From the NCBI RefSeq assembly GCF_030028105.1, contig NC_092380.1:102787899-102851898 (forward strand): a DNA stretch of 64,000 nt, written 5' to 3'. The notes beneath the pieces are model-generated. The model ran no database searches. It had not been told where the DNA came from and saw nothing but the letters and a program-made list of their open reading frames with translations. Origin of the DNA: Mobula birostris. Taxonomy: Eukaryota. Position 1 is the stretch's first letter; every line of letters starts with the position of its first letter. Position numbers and translations under genes: made by a program. Of the stretch, positions 23,613 through 37,748 are shown in pieces.

Positions 23613-24734
23613 CTCTGACCTTTCCTCTGAATGCATCTGTTCTAGGCACTGCCCTGCTGCAGGTACCTGGCTTTTCTGCTCATGATCTTCCTGCTGCTAA
23701 GTATGTCCCTGTGTGCAAAGTCCAGGTATTCTTTGATAAGAAAAGTTTTCCAGTTGCTGGTTCTTGTAAATGTTTGGCACCAGGTCAGGAAAAAATTGTT
23801 TTCAATTTTTTTTAAATACCATTGCTACTTTGAAGTAGGACATGTACTCCCTGCTTCTATGAATTGGCACACGTTTCCTAATGGCAGGAGACTATTTGCA
23901 GTTGATGTCCAGAATGGGATACCAATTCCCATAGCTGCTCCTTACATAAAATTGCACAACGTCCATTGATATAGCATTATTAAATATAGTGAAATTACCT
24001 AGATACCTTCTAATAGCAAAGACATTTGATAATTTGACACCAAGCTGCATGAGGTTATTCAGACAGACTATCAGTATCAGGTTTATTCTAAGACTATAAC
24101 ACACAGGAGCAGAATTAGGCCATTTGGCCCATCAAGTCTGCTCCACCATTCCATCACAGCTGATTTCATTTCAATTCAATTCATTTCAACTCAATTCAAG
24201 TTTAATTGTCATTCAGTCATACTTGAATACCCATGAATACAGACAAATGGGACAGTGTTACTCCGGGGCCAAAGTAACAGTCACACACAGCACAAAGCAC
24301 ATATTGCACATACAAGATAGCAAGCACATGTAAGATATCAGTAAAATTCAGCCACACAAAATAAAGTCTAGTCCTGAGTCCATAAATGCCACAGAAATCT
24401 GCAGCTGACCACAATACAGCTTGTCTCTCTCACCCATTCTCCTTCCTTCTCCCCATAACCTTTGATACCCTTGCTAATCATAACCTATCAACCCCCACTT
24501 TAAATATACATAATGGCTTGCCCTCTGCAGCTACCTGTGACAATGAATTCTACAGATTCACCACCCTCTGGCTTAAGAAATTACTCCTTATATCTGTCCT
24601 AAAGGGACGTCCTTCTTAAAGAGGCTGTGCTCCTTAGTCCTAGACTCCACCACAATTGGAAATATTCTCTCCATATCAACTCTGTCTAGGTCTTTAGGTA
24701 TTCGGTAGGTTTCAATGATTATCATAGGCTTACT

Positions 24735-25470
24735 AAAGATTCAAAATTGTTTCATGTCATTTCCTGTATACAGTAAAGGAGAATGGAGTAATTGTTAATG
24801 TAGTGGGATGGATAAATGGGTGGAGTGTTGATCAGCTTTATTGCTTGGGTGAAGTCATTGTTTTGGTGTCTAGAGGTCCTGGTGTAGGTGCTATATTGCC
24901 TCCTCCCTGATGGGAGTGGGACAATCAGTCCATAACGTTGTGGGACAGATCCTTCATGATGTTTCTGGCCTTTTTCTGGCTCCTTTCTGTGTATATGTCC
25001 TCGATGGTGGGTAGGCTGATGCCAGCGATGCATTGGGCAGTTTTGACCACCCGTTGCAGAGTCTTGGGATGGTCTCTACTGCACATCTGTAAAAGGTTGT
25101 GAGCATAGATGTGTAGATAGTCCAGCCTCCTCAGAAAGTAGAGATGTTGGTGAGCTTTCCTGATTATGTAGGATATGTTTGGGACTATGAGAGGTTGTGC
25201 AATTATGTGCACTCCCAGGAGTTTAAAACTTTCCAGTTTCCACCACTGTACCACTGACGTAAAGAGAGATGTGAGTTCTCCTGAAGTTGATAACCATCTC
25301 CTTTGTCTTGATGACATTGAGGAAGAGCATCAGGACTCAAGCTCTTCCACCTCTTCTCTGTAGGCCGTCTCATTGTTGAAAGTGATGAACCCCAGCACTG
25401 TCATGTCATCGGCGAACTTGACAATGTGATTACTTAGGTGTTGGGCCGTGTAGTCAAGCGTGAGCAGTTA
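24735..25470 (-). mobile_element. Rex1/Babar LINE fragment
   Basis: SFKLLGVHI, KAHQHLYFLRRL and LQRVVKTAQCIAG motifs. Confidence 0.85.
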
Positions 25471-26089
25471 TTTGATGTGAAATTTCTTTTGCAGCAGCAG
25501 TACAGTGCAAAGACACAGAATTACAAAAATAAAGTAAATTATAATAACAAATCATGAATTACAGAAATAAGTTGTGCAAAATAAAGCAATAACAAAGTAG
25601 TGTTCATGGACCATTTAGAAATCTGGTGGTGGAGTGAAAGAAACTGTTCCTAATTCATTGAGTGTGGGTCTTCAAGTTGCTGTACCTCCTCCCCCGATAG
25701 TTATTACAAGAGGAGGGCATGTCCCAGATGGAGAGGGCCTCCAAAAGCTTAGTCAAAGGGTTGGTTTTAAGCAAACATCTTGAAGGCACACAGGCACTGA
25801 CATTTTTTTGGAATGAATTAGAGGGCATTGAGTTTGGGAATCAAGTGCTGGCCAGAGATGGAGAAGCATTGAGACCTTGGTGGAGAATGCAGTGAAGTAC
25901 AAAGGGGCATTGCAAATGAAAATTTTGGTGAGGCAGTATAAACTGGCATGTGGATGGACAAAAAAGATATTATGGATTAGAATATAGTTTTGGATTAAGT
26001 TATGGATGTTTAAAGATGGGAGTACATTGTAATAAATTGTATGAGAGACTGCATTAATTGTAATTATGGTACATTAGTCTCATAATGTT

Positions 26090-26595
26090 AGCAGACTTGC
26101 TCGCCATGGCATCTGGCTGGCTGGCAACTGAAAGTCGATCTTGGCAACCAGTTAAAGTTCCCTGACTTCATCGTGTTATCATCACTGAGGCCTGACATGG
26201 TCATTCTGTCAGAAACCTTGAAGCAGGTGGTGATGGTTCCTTGGGAAGATTGAATTGAGGAGGCATTTGGGCATAAGAAAACCAAAACCAGGAGTTTGTA
26301 GACCAGTGGCAGAGACAGGGGAGCAGGGCATGGTGTGAGCCAATAGATCTGGGGTGTAGAGGTTTTACTGGCTGCTCGCTGTGCAGGACCTATCTCTGCT
26401 TGTTATTATGGGGGCTGCAAATAAAAGAGCCTCCAGGTGGCTATGGATCAAGGGATGTGACCTGTGGACCAATGCTGCTGGGAGTCAACCATTGCTGAGT
26501 AATCTGGGTGAGGGAGCCTGATGTTGAAAGACCCAGAACATCAGTTGACCCCAGCTTACATGGATGGTGTGTCCCAGTGCATCCTAGGATGTATT
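26090..26595 (+). mobile_element. HERO-like RLE non-LTR retrotransposon 3' fragment
   Basis: Manual translation WQLKVDLGNQLKFP...SLRPDMVILSETLKQVV..VPWE and ASRWLWIK. The 3' UTR is shared with 60690-61050. Confidence 0.8.
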
Positions 26596-26662
26596 TTAGG
26601 ATCTGAGACTTAATTTTTGGTTGTTAGCTCATAATCACACTTATGTTTCGTTCCTTCCACAG

Positions 26663-26774
26663 AGGTCCCAAAAACAGACAAAAGTTTTGAGGAAAGGTTA
26701 ATTTTTAAGGCTTTTCTGTTAAAGTTTGTGAATGCCTACACGCCAATCTTTTACGTTGCGTTCTTCAAAGGCAG
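26663..26774 (+). CDS. ANO1: ANO1 exon (112 nt), TM5: (E)[36 protein letters not shown](R)
   Basis: cacag|AG...GGC AG|gtgag. Phase 1-2. Confidence 0.97.
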
Positions 26775-27769
26775 GTGAGTTACCCATTTTTCTTACAGCC
26801 ATGTGCTTATCTAATGATCTTTTAAATGTTCCTAATGTAACTGTCTCTACTATCATCACCAGCAATGCATTCCAACCACCTATCGCTCGCTGTGTACAAT
26901 CAAACGATCTCTGACATCTGCACTAAACTTTGCTCCACTCACCTTAAAAGGATGTCCTCTGGTATTGGCCATTGACAAAAAGGTGCTGGATGCCTTTTCT
27001 GTCTATGAATTTATAATCTTGTACTTTTCTATCAAGTCACCTCTCATCCTCCTTCAGTCTAAAGAGAAAAGCCCTAGCACACCTAAACCTTCTTTGTAAG
27101 GCAAGATGTACAGTAAACATAAACATAAGATTCTGTAGATGCTGGAAATCCAGAGGAACACACGTACAAAATGCCAGAGGAAATCAGCAGGTGAAGCAAC
27201 ATCCGGGGAAGGAAATGAACGGTCAATACTTCAGCCTGAAACCATTCTACCAGATTGAAAAGGAATGGGGAGAAGCCAGAACTATTGAACTGCAAGTCCC
27301 TGTCAATTCTCTCCAACTTGCAAATATATTGCTATCCTTCCATTAGCTTGGGCTGTGAATCCTGAGATTCCCTCCCCAATGATGTGGAGAACACTTTAAC
27401 CAAGTAACTCCAACAATTTAAGAATGTCCTTGCATGACAGATAGGATTGGACTGCAAATTCCAGCATTGGTTTTATCACACAAATAAAAATTAACCAACA
27501 AAGGAGTAGGATTAGTGTAAACTGGTGAGTGATGATGTGAACCTAAAGGGCCTTTCTTCTGTGCGTGGCTGTGTGATAACGATGAGACAATATGAATTTT
27601 TAAGTGTTTTTTAAGAAATTGAGCAAATTGGGGAAGTGTGACTTAAAACTAAGCGATTGCTTTACAATAACAAGGGCTATTCAGCCTAATTTGGCTGAAA
27701 TTTCTTCAGTCTGAGTAGTATTTGATGCTCTGCCTAAGTGAAGCTATACTTGCTATCATTTGCTTCCAG

Positions 27770-27827
27770 GTTCACAGGTCGGCCTGGAAAATATACATAT
27801 ATCTTTCACAGCATGCGCATGGAAGAG
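27770..27827 (+). CDS. ANO1: ANO1 exon (58 nt): (R)FTGRPGKYTYIFHSMRMEE
   Basis: tccag|G TTC...GAG|gtagt. Phase 2-0. Confidence 0.95.
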
Positions 27828-27929
27828 GTAGTGTAATTTCTTGGGCCTTCTCATATTTAAATGAAAATTTAGCTCGAGAGTTTGCCATCTGGTTTAAGAC
27901 CAATAACTCTTATGTTTTATTTTGATCAG

Positions 27930-28030
27930 TGTGCTCCAGGAGGCTGCCTGATGGAGCTGTGCATTCAACTGAGCATCATCATGCTGGGAAAGCAATTAAT
28001 ACAGAACAACCTGTTTGAAATAGGCATTCC
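27930..28030 (+). CDS. ANO1: ANO1 exon (101 nt), TM6: [33 protein letters not shown](P)
   Basis: atcag|TGT...ATT CC|gtaag. Anoctamin signature motif including the Ca2+-ligand NNLFE. Confidence 0.98.
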
Positions 28031-28299
28031 GTAAGTATCTAACTGTATCTTGGCATGTTGATGGAACACTTAAAATTGCAAATGAATTGTTTGAAGCTCA
28101 TTTTCCTCCAATGACTTTTAGGTTTTCCATCAAAAGACAGGGCCAGTGGCCAGTTGATTCCCTGGCCTTCAGCAGTGTTGACTGGCAAATGAACATTAGT
28201 AAGTACTTGAAGAGTCCTACTCCTTGAAATCTGTGGGAAAGGTCTTGAAGAGTGTAGTAGAACAAAGGGATCTGGGAATACAGATCCATAATTCGTTGG

Positions 28300-29340
28300 A
28301 AGTGGCGTCACAGGTAGATAGAGTCATAAAGCTTTTGGCACATTATCCTTCATAAATCGAAGTAATACGTACTAGAGTTGGGATGTTATGTTCAAGTCAT
28401 TTAAGATGTTGGTGAGGCCATATATGCAGTATTATGTGAAGTTCTGGTTGCCTACCTTCAAGAAAGATTTATTTTATTTATTTAGAGATACAGTGCAGAA
28501 TTGGTCTTTCTGGTCCTTCAAGCTGTGCTGCCCAGTAACCCCTGACAACCCTCCCCCCACCCCCGATTAACCCTAACGTAATCGAGAACAATTTACAATG
28601 GCCAATTAACCTACGAACTGGTACATCTTTGGACTGCGGGAGGGAACTGGGGTACATGGTTCCCTGCAAGGAGAACTGGAAGCCTACACATTCCACAAGG
28701 AGGATGTTCAAGCTCCTTACAGAGGCCGCCAGGATTGAACTCTGATCTCCGGAAGGTCCCGAGCTCTAACGGCATCGCGCTAGCTGCTACATTGCAGTGG
28801 TGCCCTAGGATAGCAATAAGGTTTAAGGAGTACAGAGAAAATTTACAAGGATCTTGCTGGAACTTGATGATCTGAGTTACAGGGAAAGTTTGTATAGGTT
28901 AGGACTGTTCCCTGGAGCAGAGAAGAATTATGAGGAGATGGGTAGGCTTTTTTCCATTGAGGTCAGGTGAGTCTAGAGCTGGAGGTTATAGGTCAAGGGT
29001 GAAAGGTGAAATGTTTAATAGGAATCTTAAGGAAAAGCTTCTTCACTCAGACAGTGGTGCATGTTTCAATAGGTACACTTACTGTTTCAATAGGTACATT
29101 TAATGTCAGAGAAATATATGCAATATACATCTTTAAGTTCTCTGTGGAAAGAGCTGCCAGCAGAAGTGGTGGATGCAGGTTTGGTTCCAACTTTTAAGAG
29201 AAATTTGGAGAAGTACGTGGACAGGGGAGGTATAGAGGGCAATGGTGCAGGTGCAGTTCGATGGAACTAGGCAGAATAATGGTTTGGCATGGACTAGATG
29301 AGAGAAAGGGTCTCTTTCTGTGCTGTAGTTAGTATGACTC
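28300..29340 (+). mobile_element. CR1 LINE 3' fragment interrupted by a V-SINE
   Basis: LVRPYMQYYVKFWLP motif followed by a CR1 3' UTR. Confidence 0.75.
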
Positions 29341-31339
29341 TAATTCTGCTCAGATCCTCTTGCTGATGAAAGGAGAATTGCCTGCTCGCATTAACCCTAT
29401 TTATTCCCCTCATTGAAAGAATAATAATGTCATTCAAAAGCTCTTGTACTCTTTGTGAAATAACAAGCTGTTGTTCCAACATCATGGATGAACTGATTAT
29501 TTGGTTCCTTTTGAGGTCAACAGGACCATATGCTGCCTGCTGTATCATTGGTTTTCTATTCATCCATGACACACTTCTAACTCAATAAGGCTGTAGTATT
29601 TCTGTGGTGTTCATTTCAGTCTTCAGATTTTCACCAGAGAATATTATAATTTTGTTTTGTATTTCAAAAAATTAGCATGGAGTCTTCAGTCAAAGGATGT
29701 GGACATGAAAGCTAGAGCAGTATTTATGATCATCCCTAATTCCTCCGTTTAGCTCCGAGGATCTGGAGTTGCATGAGGGCAGATGATTTTAAAATATTAT
29801 ATTTTATTTTAGAGATACACCACAGTAAAAGGCCCTCCCTCCAATGAGTCTGTGCTGCCCAATTACACCTGTGAAAAATGAAACCACTAACCTTCATGTC
29901 ATTGGTTTGTGGAAGGAAACAGGAGTATCTGGAGCCCCTGTAGTCATGGGGAGAACGTACAAACTCCTTGCAGACAATGGCGAATGGAACCTGGATTTCT
30001 GCTGCTGTAATAGCATTATGATAACTGCTACTGTGCCACATAAATGTAAACAAATGTGTTGTTGTTGTGACGTTGATGGTTTCTTGAATGGCCAGGGCAT
30101 CTAAAGTTATAGGGGAATTGGGCTTGAGAGGGATAATAAATAAGCCATGATAAATGCTGCAGCAGACTCGATGGGCTGAATGACCTGATTCTACTCCTGT
30201 ACCTTATGGAGAAGCACAGAGTTGCGTCGTGAATTGGATGCCAAAGCTAAAGCTTTGAGCTCCAGCACAAACAAGGTGGAGGTTACAACTCACACCTGTG
30301 TGATGCCATTTCTGGTGTCTTCAGTGTTTCTGGATTTTCGCAAAGCTGTAGAAAGCAGGTGAAACCACATTTAATGTTGGGATACCAGAATGAGACTTCA
30401 AGCATCACTGACTAGGAATGTACCTTCTGACCATTACCTATGCCATTCAAATCTCATTGCAGGCATTTCTCCCACTGATAGGCAACAAACTTTTGTCTTG
30501 TTCTGGGCTGGTGAACATTCTTTTTCCCCAGAAGCTCCTTTGCCTTTTCCTGGAGGAAGCAGTGGAGAGGAATAATAGAGCATCTCTGGGCAAGGCAGCT
30601 GATAAAAAAGATGAACCATACCACCTGAGGCATCTTGTCTCCTTCAGCGTGCTATTTTGATTCCCTTCCATTGCCAAGAACAATGACCTGTAGCAGTTGA
30701 TCCCTGTGATGTTATCAATGCTTACGGTTAAACATGGACACTCTCAAACAAGTAAGGATTACAATTGACAAAATAGCCTGACTTATTATTCATTTGGTCC
30801 CTCACCACATTCCCATGAGTAGGTCCTCATCTAAACACAGAAAAACAACAATATATCATCTCGCTAAACAGACCGCTGAACGCATTTTTTGTTGTGTCAT
30901 TCCCGGAATCTTTGGAAGCTATCAAAGAAAGTCTGAACCTACTCCACATGGAAGTCACCCAGGCAGGGTATTCTGCAGCACAGGGGAGAGGGAAAAGTAC
31001 AAGGCCTCAGAAACCACTGTCCTCACAGAGGTAAGAGTACAAGGACAGCCAAGGGTGGCCTCGAAAATATTAGGCAAGCCTCACAGATTGGAACTGCGAT
31101 CACCAGCCTATTACCTGCATTTCAGCATCTTGTCTCTCTTTTTCACTTGGCGGGCAGTCCACTGGAAAGGCACTGTTCCCACTTCTGCATTATTAGCACA
31201 AGCTCCATCATTTCAGCTGGAAAAGGTGATAAGCGGAAAGGGATGTACACTGTAGGACACTCGATTCGAGGCAGTGAGGGCAAAAATTTCTCTTCCCTCA
31301 AAGCAGGATGAAGATGAGGACTAGAGTAGTCTTGCTAGG

Positions 31340-32020
31340 AACATACAATATAGAACAGTATAGTACAGGCTCTTTGGCCCAAGATGTTATGCCGACCTTT
31401 TAACCTTCTACAGGATCATTGTAACCCTTCCCCCCCACAAAGCCCTCCATCTATTGTCCATCCATGTGCCTATTTGAGAGTCTCCTAAATGTTCCTAATT
31501 AATCTGCCTCTAGAATCATGCGCTTATCACTCTCTGTATTTTAAAAAAAAATACCTTTGACATTCCCCCAATACTTTCCTACAATCATCTTAAAATTATG
31601 CGCTCTCATATTAGCTATTACCACCTTAGAGAAAAGAGCACTGGCTGCCCACTCTCTCTATGTCTCTTATCTTGTACACCTCGTTCAAGTCATCTCTCAT
31701 TCTCCTCTGCTCCAAAGAGAAGAGCCTTATTCCCTCATAAGACATGCTGTAGTCCAGGCAGCATCCTGGAAAATCTTCTCTGCAACCTCTCTAAAGCTTC
31801 TTCATCCTTCTTATAATGAGAAGACCAGTACTCAGCAAAATGCTCCAAGTGTGGTCTAACCTGCGTTTTACAGAGCTGCAGCCCTACCCTGTGGTTCTTG
31901 AACTCAGTCTGCTGACTAATGAAGGCTAGCACACCATACACCTTCTTAAGCACCCTATCTCCTTGTGCAGCAACCTTGAAGGATCTATAATGTGAACCCC
32001 ATGATCGCTCTGTTCCTTCA
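31340..32020 (-). mobile_element. CR1 LINE 3' fragment
   Basis: ORF 31735..31953 has VRPHLEH...WS..YKKD..ALERLQRRFSRMLPG. Confidence 0.8.
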
Positions 32021-33412
32021 TACCGCGAAGGAAGGGGAAACTTGCCTCATACAAGCAGCTATGCTGAAGCTTCTGAGTCCTGCCAGGGAGCCTCGGCACA
32101 ATGGCTTATGGTGCTGGGGAGCCTGCTTTCAGCCTACGCAGTATCTTATGCCAAACTGTTGACCAGGTGTGATGTCTGCGAATGCTGTTAACTAAATTGG
32201 CCCTATGATCTGTGATGTGGTTTAATAGCTAATTATATTTGGAGAATGGGGATTTGATAATGTGGTTAAGAAGGTGTATGACGCGTTGGCCTTAGTCGGA
32301 GTATTGAGCTCAACAGCTGTGAGGTAATTTTGCAGTTCTAAAAACCTCTGGTTGGAGTATTGTGTTAGGTTTTGATTGTCTGATTATAAGAACAGTAGAG
32401 AAGCTTCAGAGAGGGTGCAGTGGAGATTTACCAGGATTAGAGAGCATGTCTAATGAGAAAAGGTTGGGTGAGTTGGGCTTTTCTCTTCAGAGCAAAGGAG
32501 AATTAGAGGTGTATAAGGTTATAAGAGACATAGATAGCACTCTCCCCCCAGTTTGGCAATGCTAGTACCAGAGGACGTCCTTCAAGGTGAGTGGAGGAAA
32601 GCTTATGAGAGTTGTCAGAGGTAGGTTTTGGGCTGATACATTTGGAACATCTTTTAAAAAACCTACTTCTGGATTTTCTGTCTTTGACCAGTCCCGTAAT
32701 CATAAAGTAAAGGATGTGACAAGATCTGTGAAATTGGAATCACTTTGGGGGCAATGGGAAGGAGAAGGGTCTGTAAATTAGTTAAGCAATTAGCTCCTCC
32801 TCACTTCTGTTAGGGCTCTGTATTGTAATGGTCCTCGGGGCACTTCCCTTTATAGCCTTGTGTAGCTTGGACAGGAAAGACAAAATATTGCAGTGGTGAG
32901 CCTGTGTTTCTCACACTGGAGCATGAATGAGCCTTCCAGAGCCATTCTAAATCTTACAAGACAAAGAGACACAAGGTATTTAAACTCATGTAAATCATCC
33001 ATATTATTTACATATTTTAATGTAGGTTGTTGATAAAGGGAAATTATCCAGGTTCTCTGACCAGGAAATGTTCTGTAACATCATAAATCAGAAAACTAAG
33101 TTTACAGGAGCAATGAGAAAATTGTTTCCCAAATGCACACAATCCAGGTTTAATAAGGTCTTTTGTTATGATGATTGTTTGAACATTCGGTAATTTGAGA
33201 CTGAAGGCCGCAACTGGTTTGGCTTGGTTCCAGTCCATTAAACTGTTTGTCCAGTGCGTACTTTCATTGCTTTCTGGTTCCCAAACGGTTTCCTTAATCA
33301 GTTCATTTTTTACAGTTTGTTAATATCTGTGCTGTAAAGGTCACAAATTTACATTTTTATATATTCCAGAAAATGACTGATACAATATCAAATTTCCCCA
33401 TTCTCCCATTCC

Positions 33413-33953
33413 CAGACATCCCACCTCTCCCGGAAGTTCTGGGAGTCTCCCGCATATTAATAGTGGCTCCCTGATGCCCGCAAATTATATACGATGTCCC
33501 GGAAACCAATTTTTTTGAGAGCGAGAGAGTGCGCGAGAGTAACTACGAGAGAGAGAGAGAGACACTAAGAGAGAGAGCGCGAGCGACCACGAGAGAGAGC
33601 GAGAGTGCGCCATGACAGAGTGTTCCAAAAAAAGAAAATATAAAATGTACTTCACCCAGACTACCCTAAAGTGTACCCCTGCCTAATAGGGGTCAAAATA
33701 ATGACAGTATTGCTCGTTGCACTGTTTGCAACAGTGACTTTTCTATTGCCCATGGTGGGTTAAAACTGTAAAAGACTTGTTGAGGTGAGTTTATCAGGTG
33801 TCATTGGTTCATTAGCGTAGCTAACGTTAGTTAAACCAGCTGGCTAGCTGCTAAGGAGCTACTCTATTGCAGACATCCCACCTCTCCCGGAAGTCTTCCG
33901 CAAATTAATGGTGCTACCTCCCTGAAATGAGTTTTTGCAGAGTGGGATGTCTA
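33413..33953. mobile_element. Non-autonomous DNA transposon (MITE) with internal (GA)-rich tract and nested mini-copy
   Basis: TIR CAGACATCCCAC...GTGGGATGTCT. The left-end 25-mer is repeated at 33870. Confidence 0.75.
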
Positions 33954-36749
33954 CATTCTGCAGCCCAGCAAAGGTCACTCTCCTTCCAGTATTTTAGATG
34001 CAATCATTTAGAACATAGAACAGTACAGTACAGGAATAGAATCAAAATCAAAATCAGGTTTAATATCACTGGCATATGTCATGAAATTTGTTTTGTTGTT
34101 TTTATTACCAATATATGGTAATAGAAACTATAAATTACAATAAGTAGATATATTAAACTAAATACATAAATTTAAAAGAGAGGGAAAAAGTACTGATGTG
34201 TTCATTCAGGTGTTGTGCCAAACCAATTAAATTAGTAATAAAATAGCCAACTAAATAAATTCCTTATTTACACAATGTCCATTTCTTCCATTTTCCTCAC
34301 ATTCATGTGCCTATATAAACATCACTTAAAAATCCCTGATGTATCAGCCTCTACCACCACCCCAGGCAGTGCATTCCAGGCACCCACCACTGTGTGAAGA
34401 TCTTGCCCCTCACATCCCCTTTGAACTTGCCCTCTCTTACCTTAAATGTGTGCCCTCTGGTATTAGATTTTCAACCCTGGAAAATGGGCACTGTCTGTCT
34501 TCTCTATCTATGTGCCTCTCATAATCAGGTAAACCTCTATTAGATACCCCTTGGCCTCCGCTGCTCCAAGTCTGTCCAGTTTCTTATAGCACATGCCCTC
34601 TAATCCAGACAGTGAACCTACCTGAGGGGCAGGGTTCATTTTCATAATTCTCTCGGAAGCTTTATCTGCTTGCTAACAAAGACATTCTGAGCCACAGGTC
34701 ATACCTCTGAACTTTAGGTTTATTCCTGGTGAGACATCGAGCTAAAGTTTTGCTTTATGTATTGGTTTGTCACTTATTGGAGAGAATAATCCTCCTCTTT
34801 ATGGACTCTGTTTCACTCAAGCAGACAATGTAATCACAGACCCCACCCACCCCAGACATTCTCTCCTCTCCCCTCTCCCAGAAGATACAAAAGTCTGAAA
34901 GCGTGTGCCACCAGGCTCAAGGGCAGCTTCTTAGCCACTATTATCAGTCTCTTGAATGGACCTCTGTACAGTATTACCTCATTATAATTTTATACTTTGT
35001 TTACTTGCATTTCACTAAATATTAACATCAAAGTGGAAAATCATTACTGTGTCATTCTGCTGGCAGCAGGGTTCAGCTTAACTTTGACCAACCAGACAAA
35101 TCAGTGTAGTGCTAACTTGGTTTCCTTTGTTAAAATACAATTCTGGTAGATCATCCAAAAATATTAGTTGTTGGCCGAAAACCAGAAGTTAACATTTTGG
35201 ACAAAAAGAACTGAACTGAATATGTCTGGACTAATCAGATGATTTGTGGTTTGGTGTTTTATGTTTTGTGTTTTTCACTCTTTTTTTTGGGAATTGAATT
35301 GAATTGACTTTATTACTTACATCATTCATATGCATGAGGAGTAAAAATTTTTATGTTACGTCTCCATCAAAATGTGCAATGTGGAATTTATAGTAATTTA
35401 TAATAAATAGTACGTACAACAGGACAGTCAATATAACATAGAAATACAGTTGTGTCAGCATGAATTAATCAGTCTGATGGCCTGGTGGAAGAAGCTGTCC
35501 CGGAGCCTGTTGTTCCTGGCTATTATGCTGCGGTACCGGTTCCCGGATGGTAGCAGCTGGAACCGTTTGTGGTTGGGCTGACTTGGGTCCCCAATGATCC
35601 TTCAAGATCATTGTACAATTTGTTCTTATTTTGTGCATTGGGAGTTGAAGATTTTCTTTAAACAGGTTCCATGGTTTATCTTTCTTTTGTTTTGTGGCTG
35701 TTGATGGGAATACGAATCTCAGAGTTGAATACTGAATACATACTTCAATAATAAATGTACTTTGAATCTTAGAATCTGCTTCATTAGTAACCTCAGGATA
35801 CAAAATCTAGTCCTGCCATATCTATTTTGCATGTGACTACAGTATGGTTGATCTGTAATGTATTGTGGACTGGCCAAGGGATGGGCATAGAGTCATAGAT
35901 TAATACAGCACAGAAACAGGCCCTTCAGCACAATTCATCCATGCCAAACAAAACACCCACCTAACCTAGTCCCGTTCACCTGTGTTTGAACAATAACCCT
36001 GCAAACCTTTTCCACCATTTGCTTGTCCAAATGTCCTTCAACCACCTCAACTACCTCTCCTGGCAGATGAATCCATATATGGATTACTCATTGCATAAAG
36101 AAATTTCCCTTCACATCCTCTCCAAATCTTTCCACTCCCAACCCAAACCCATGCTGTTTAGCCTTTGATTCCCCCTCCCCCACCATGGGAAAAAAGACTG
36201 TGGATTTGTCCCAATTATGATTTCCCACCCCCCCCCCCATGATTTTACATCTTCCTACAATGATATCCCTCAATCCATCACGCTCCAGGGAATCACACTA
36301 CCAGGACCCACACCACCAGATTTAGAAACAGTTATTACCCCTCAACCATCAGGCTCTTGAATCAGAGTGGTAACTTTACCTACCCCAACACTGAGCCGAT
36401 TCCACAACCACACAACCAATGGGCTCTCTTTCAAGGACTCTACAACTCATGTTCTCGATGTTTATCATTATAATTTTGTTTTTTTTTTCATTTTTGTATT
36501 TGCAGAAATTGTTCTCTTTTACACACTGGGGGCAGTTTGTCGGTCTTTGGCAGAGTGTAGTTTTTCATTGATTCTATTGTATTTCTTTGTTTTTACTGTG
36601 AACACCTGCAAGAAAAGGGGATAACTTCACTCAACTTCACATGCTCCATCATTGAAATGTTCCCACAGCCAATGGATTCACTTTCAAGGACTCTTCACCT
36701 CATGTTCTCGATATTTATTTATTTATTTATTTGTTTATTAGTTGATGTT

Positions 36750-37748
36750 TTACAATGCTGGGACCACTGCGTTTTACGATGCATGTCAATGATTTGAACT
36801 ATAGGGTTAATGGATTTGTGGCTAAATTTGCCAATGATACAAAGATAGGTGGGGGAGCAGGTATTGTTGAGTAAACGGAGAGCCTGCAGAGGGACTTGGA
36901 TAGTTTAGGGGAATGGGCAAAGAAGTAGCAAATGAAATAGAATGTTGCACAGTGTATGGTCATGCACTTTGATGGAAGAAATAAATGGGCAGACTATTAT
37001 TTAGATGGGGAGAGTATTCAAAATGCAGAGATGCAAAGGGATTTGGGAGTTTTTGCACAGGATACCCTAAAGGTTAACCTCCAGGTTGAGTCGGTGGTGA
37101 AGAAGGCAAATGCAATGTTGGCATTCATTTCTAGAGGTGTTGAATATAAGAGCAGGGATGTGATGTTGAGGCTCTATAAGGCACTCATGAGACCACACTT
37201 GGAGTATTGTGTGCAGTTCTGGGCTCCTTATTTTAGAAAGAATATACTGACATTGGAGAGGGTTCAGAGAAGATTCACGAGAATGATTCCAGGAATGAAA
37301 AGGTTACTGTATGAGGAACGTCTGGCAGCTCTTGGGCTGTATTCCTTGAAGTTCAGGAGGGGTAATTTCATAGAAACATTCTGAATGTTAAAAGGCCTGA
37401 GCAGATTAGATATGGCAAAGTTATTTTCCATGGTAGGGGAGTCTAGGACAAGAGGGCACAACTTCACCATTGAAGGACATCCATTTGGAACAGAGATGCA
37501 GAGAAATACTTTAGTCAGAGGCTGGTAAATCTGTGGAATTTGTTGCCACAGGCGGCTGTGGAGGCCAAGACATTGGGTGTATTTAAGGCAGAGATAGATG
37601 GGTTCTTGATTACCCAGGGCATCAAAGGGTATGGGGAGAAGGCAGGGGAGTGGGGATGACTGGAAGAATTGGATCAGCCCATGATTGAGTGGCAGAGCAG
37701 ACTTGATGGATCGAATTGCCTACTTCTGTTCCTATATCTTATGGTCTT
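36750..37748 (+). mobile_element. CR1 LINE 3' third, comparatively well preserved
   Basis: ORF 36956..37384 has RDLGV...LYKALMRPHLEYCVQFWAP...LERVQRRFTRMIPG, followed by a full 3' UTR. Confidence 0.93.

Noticed and set aside
29062-29100. 21-bp tandem duplication (also a 15-bp one at about 58107-58137)
   Set aside because: Ordinary slippage inside decayed repeats.
12113-37748. Oppositely oriented CR1 copies as drivers of exon circularisation
   Set aside because: Generic to any repeat-rich gene. The copies are diverged and nothing here singles out a back-splice.
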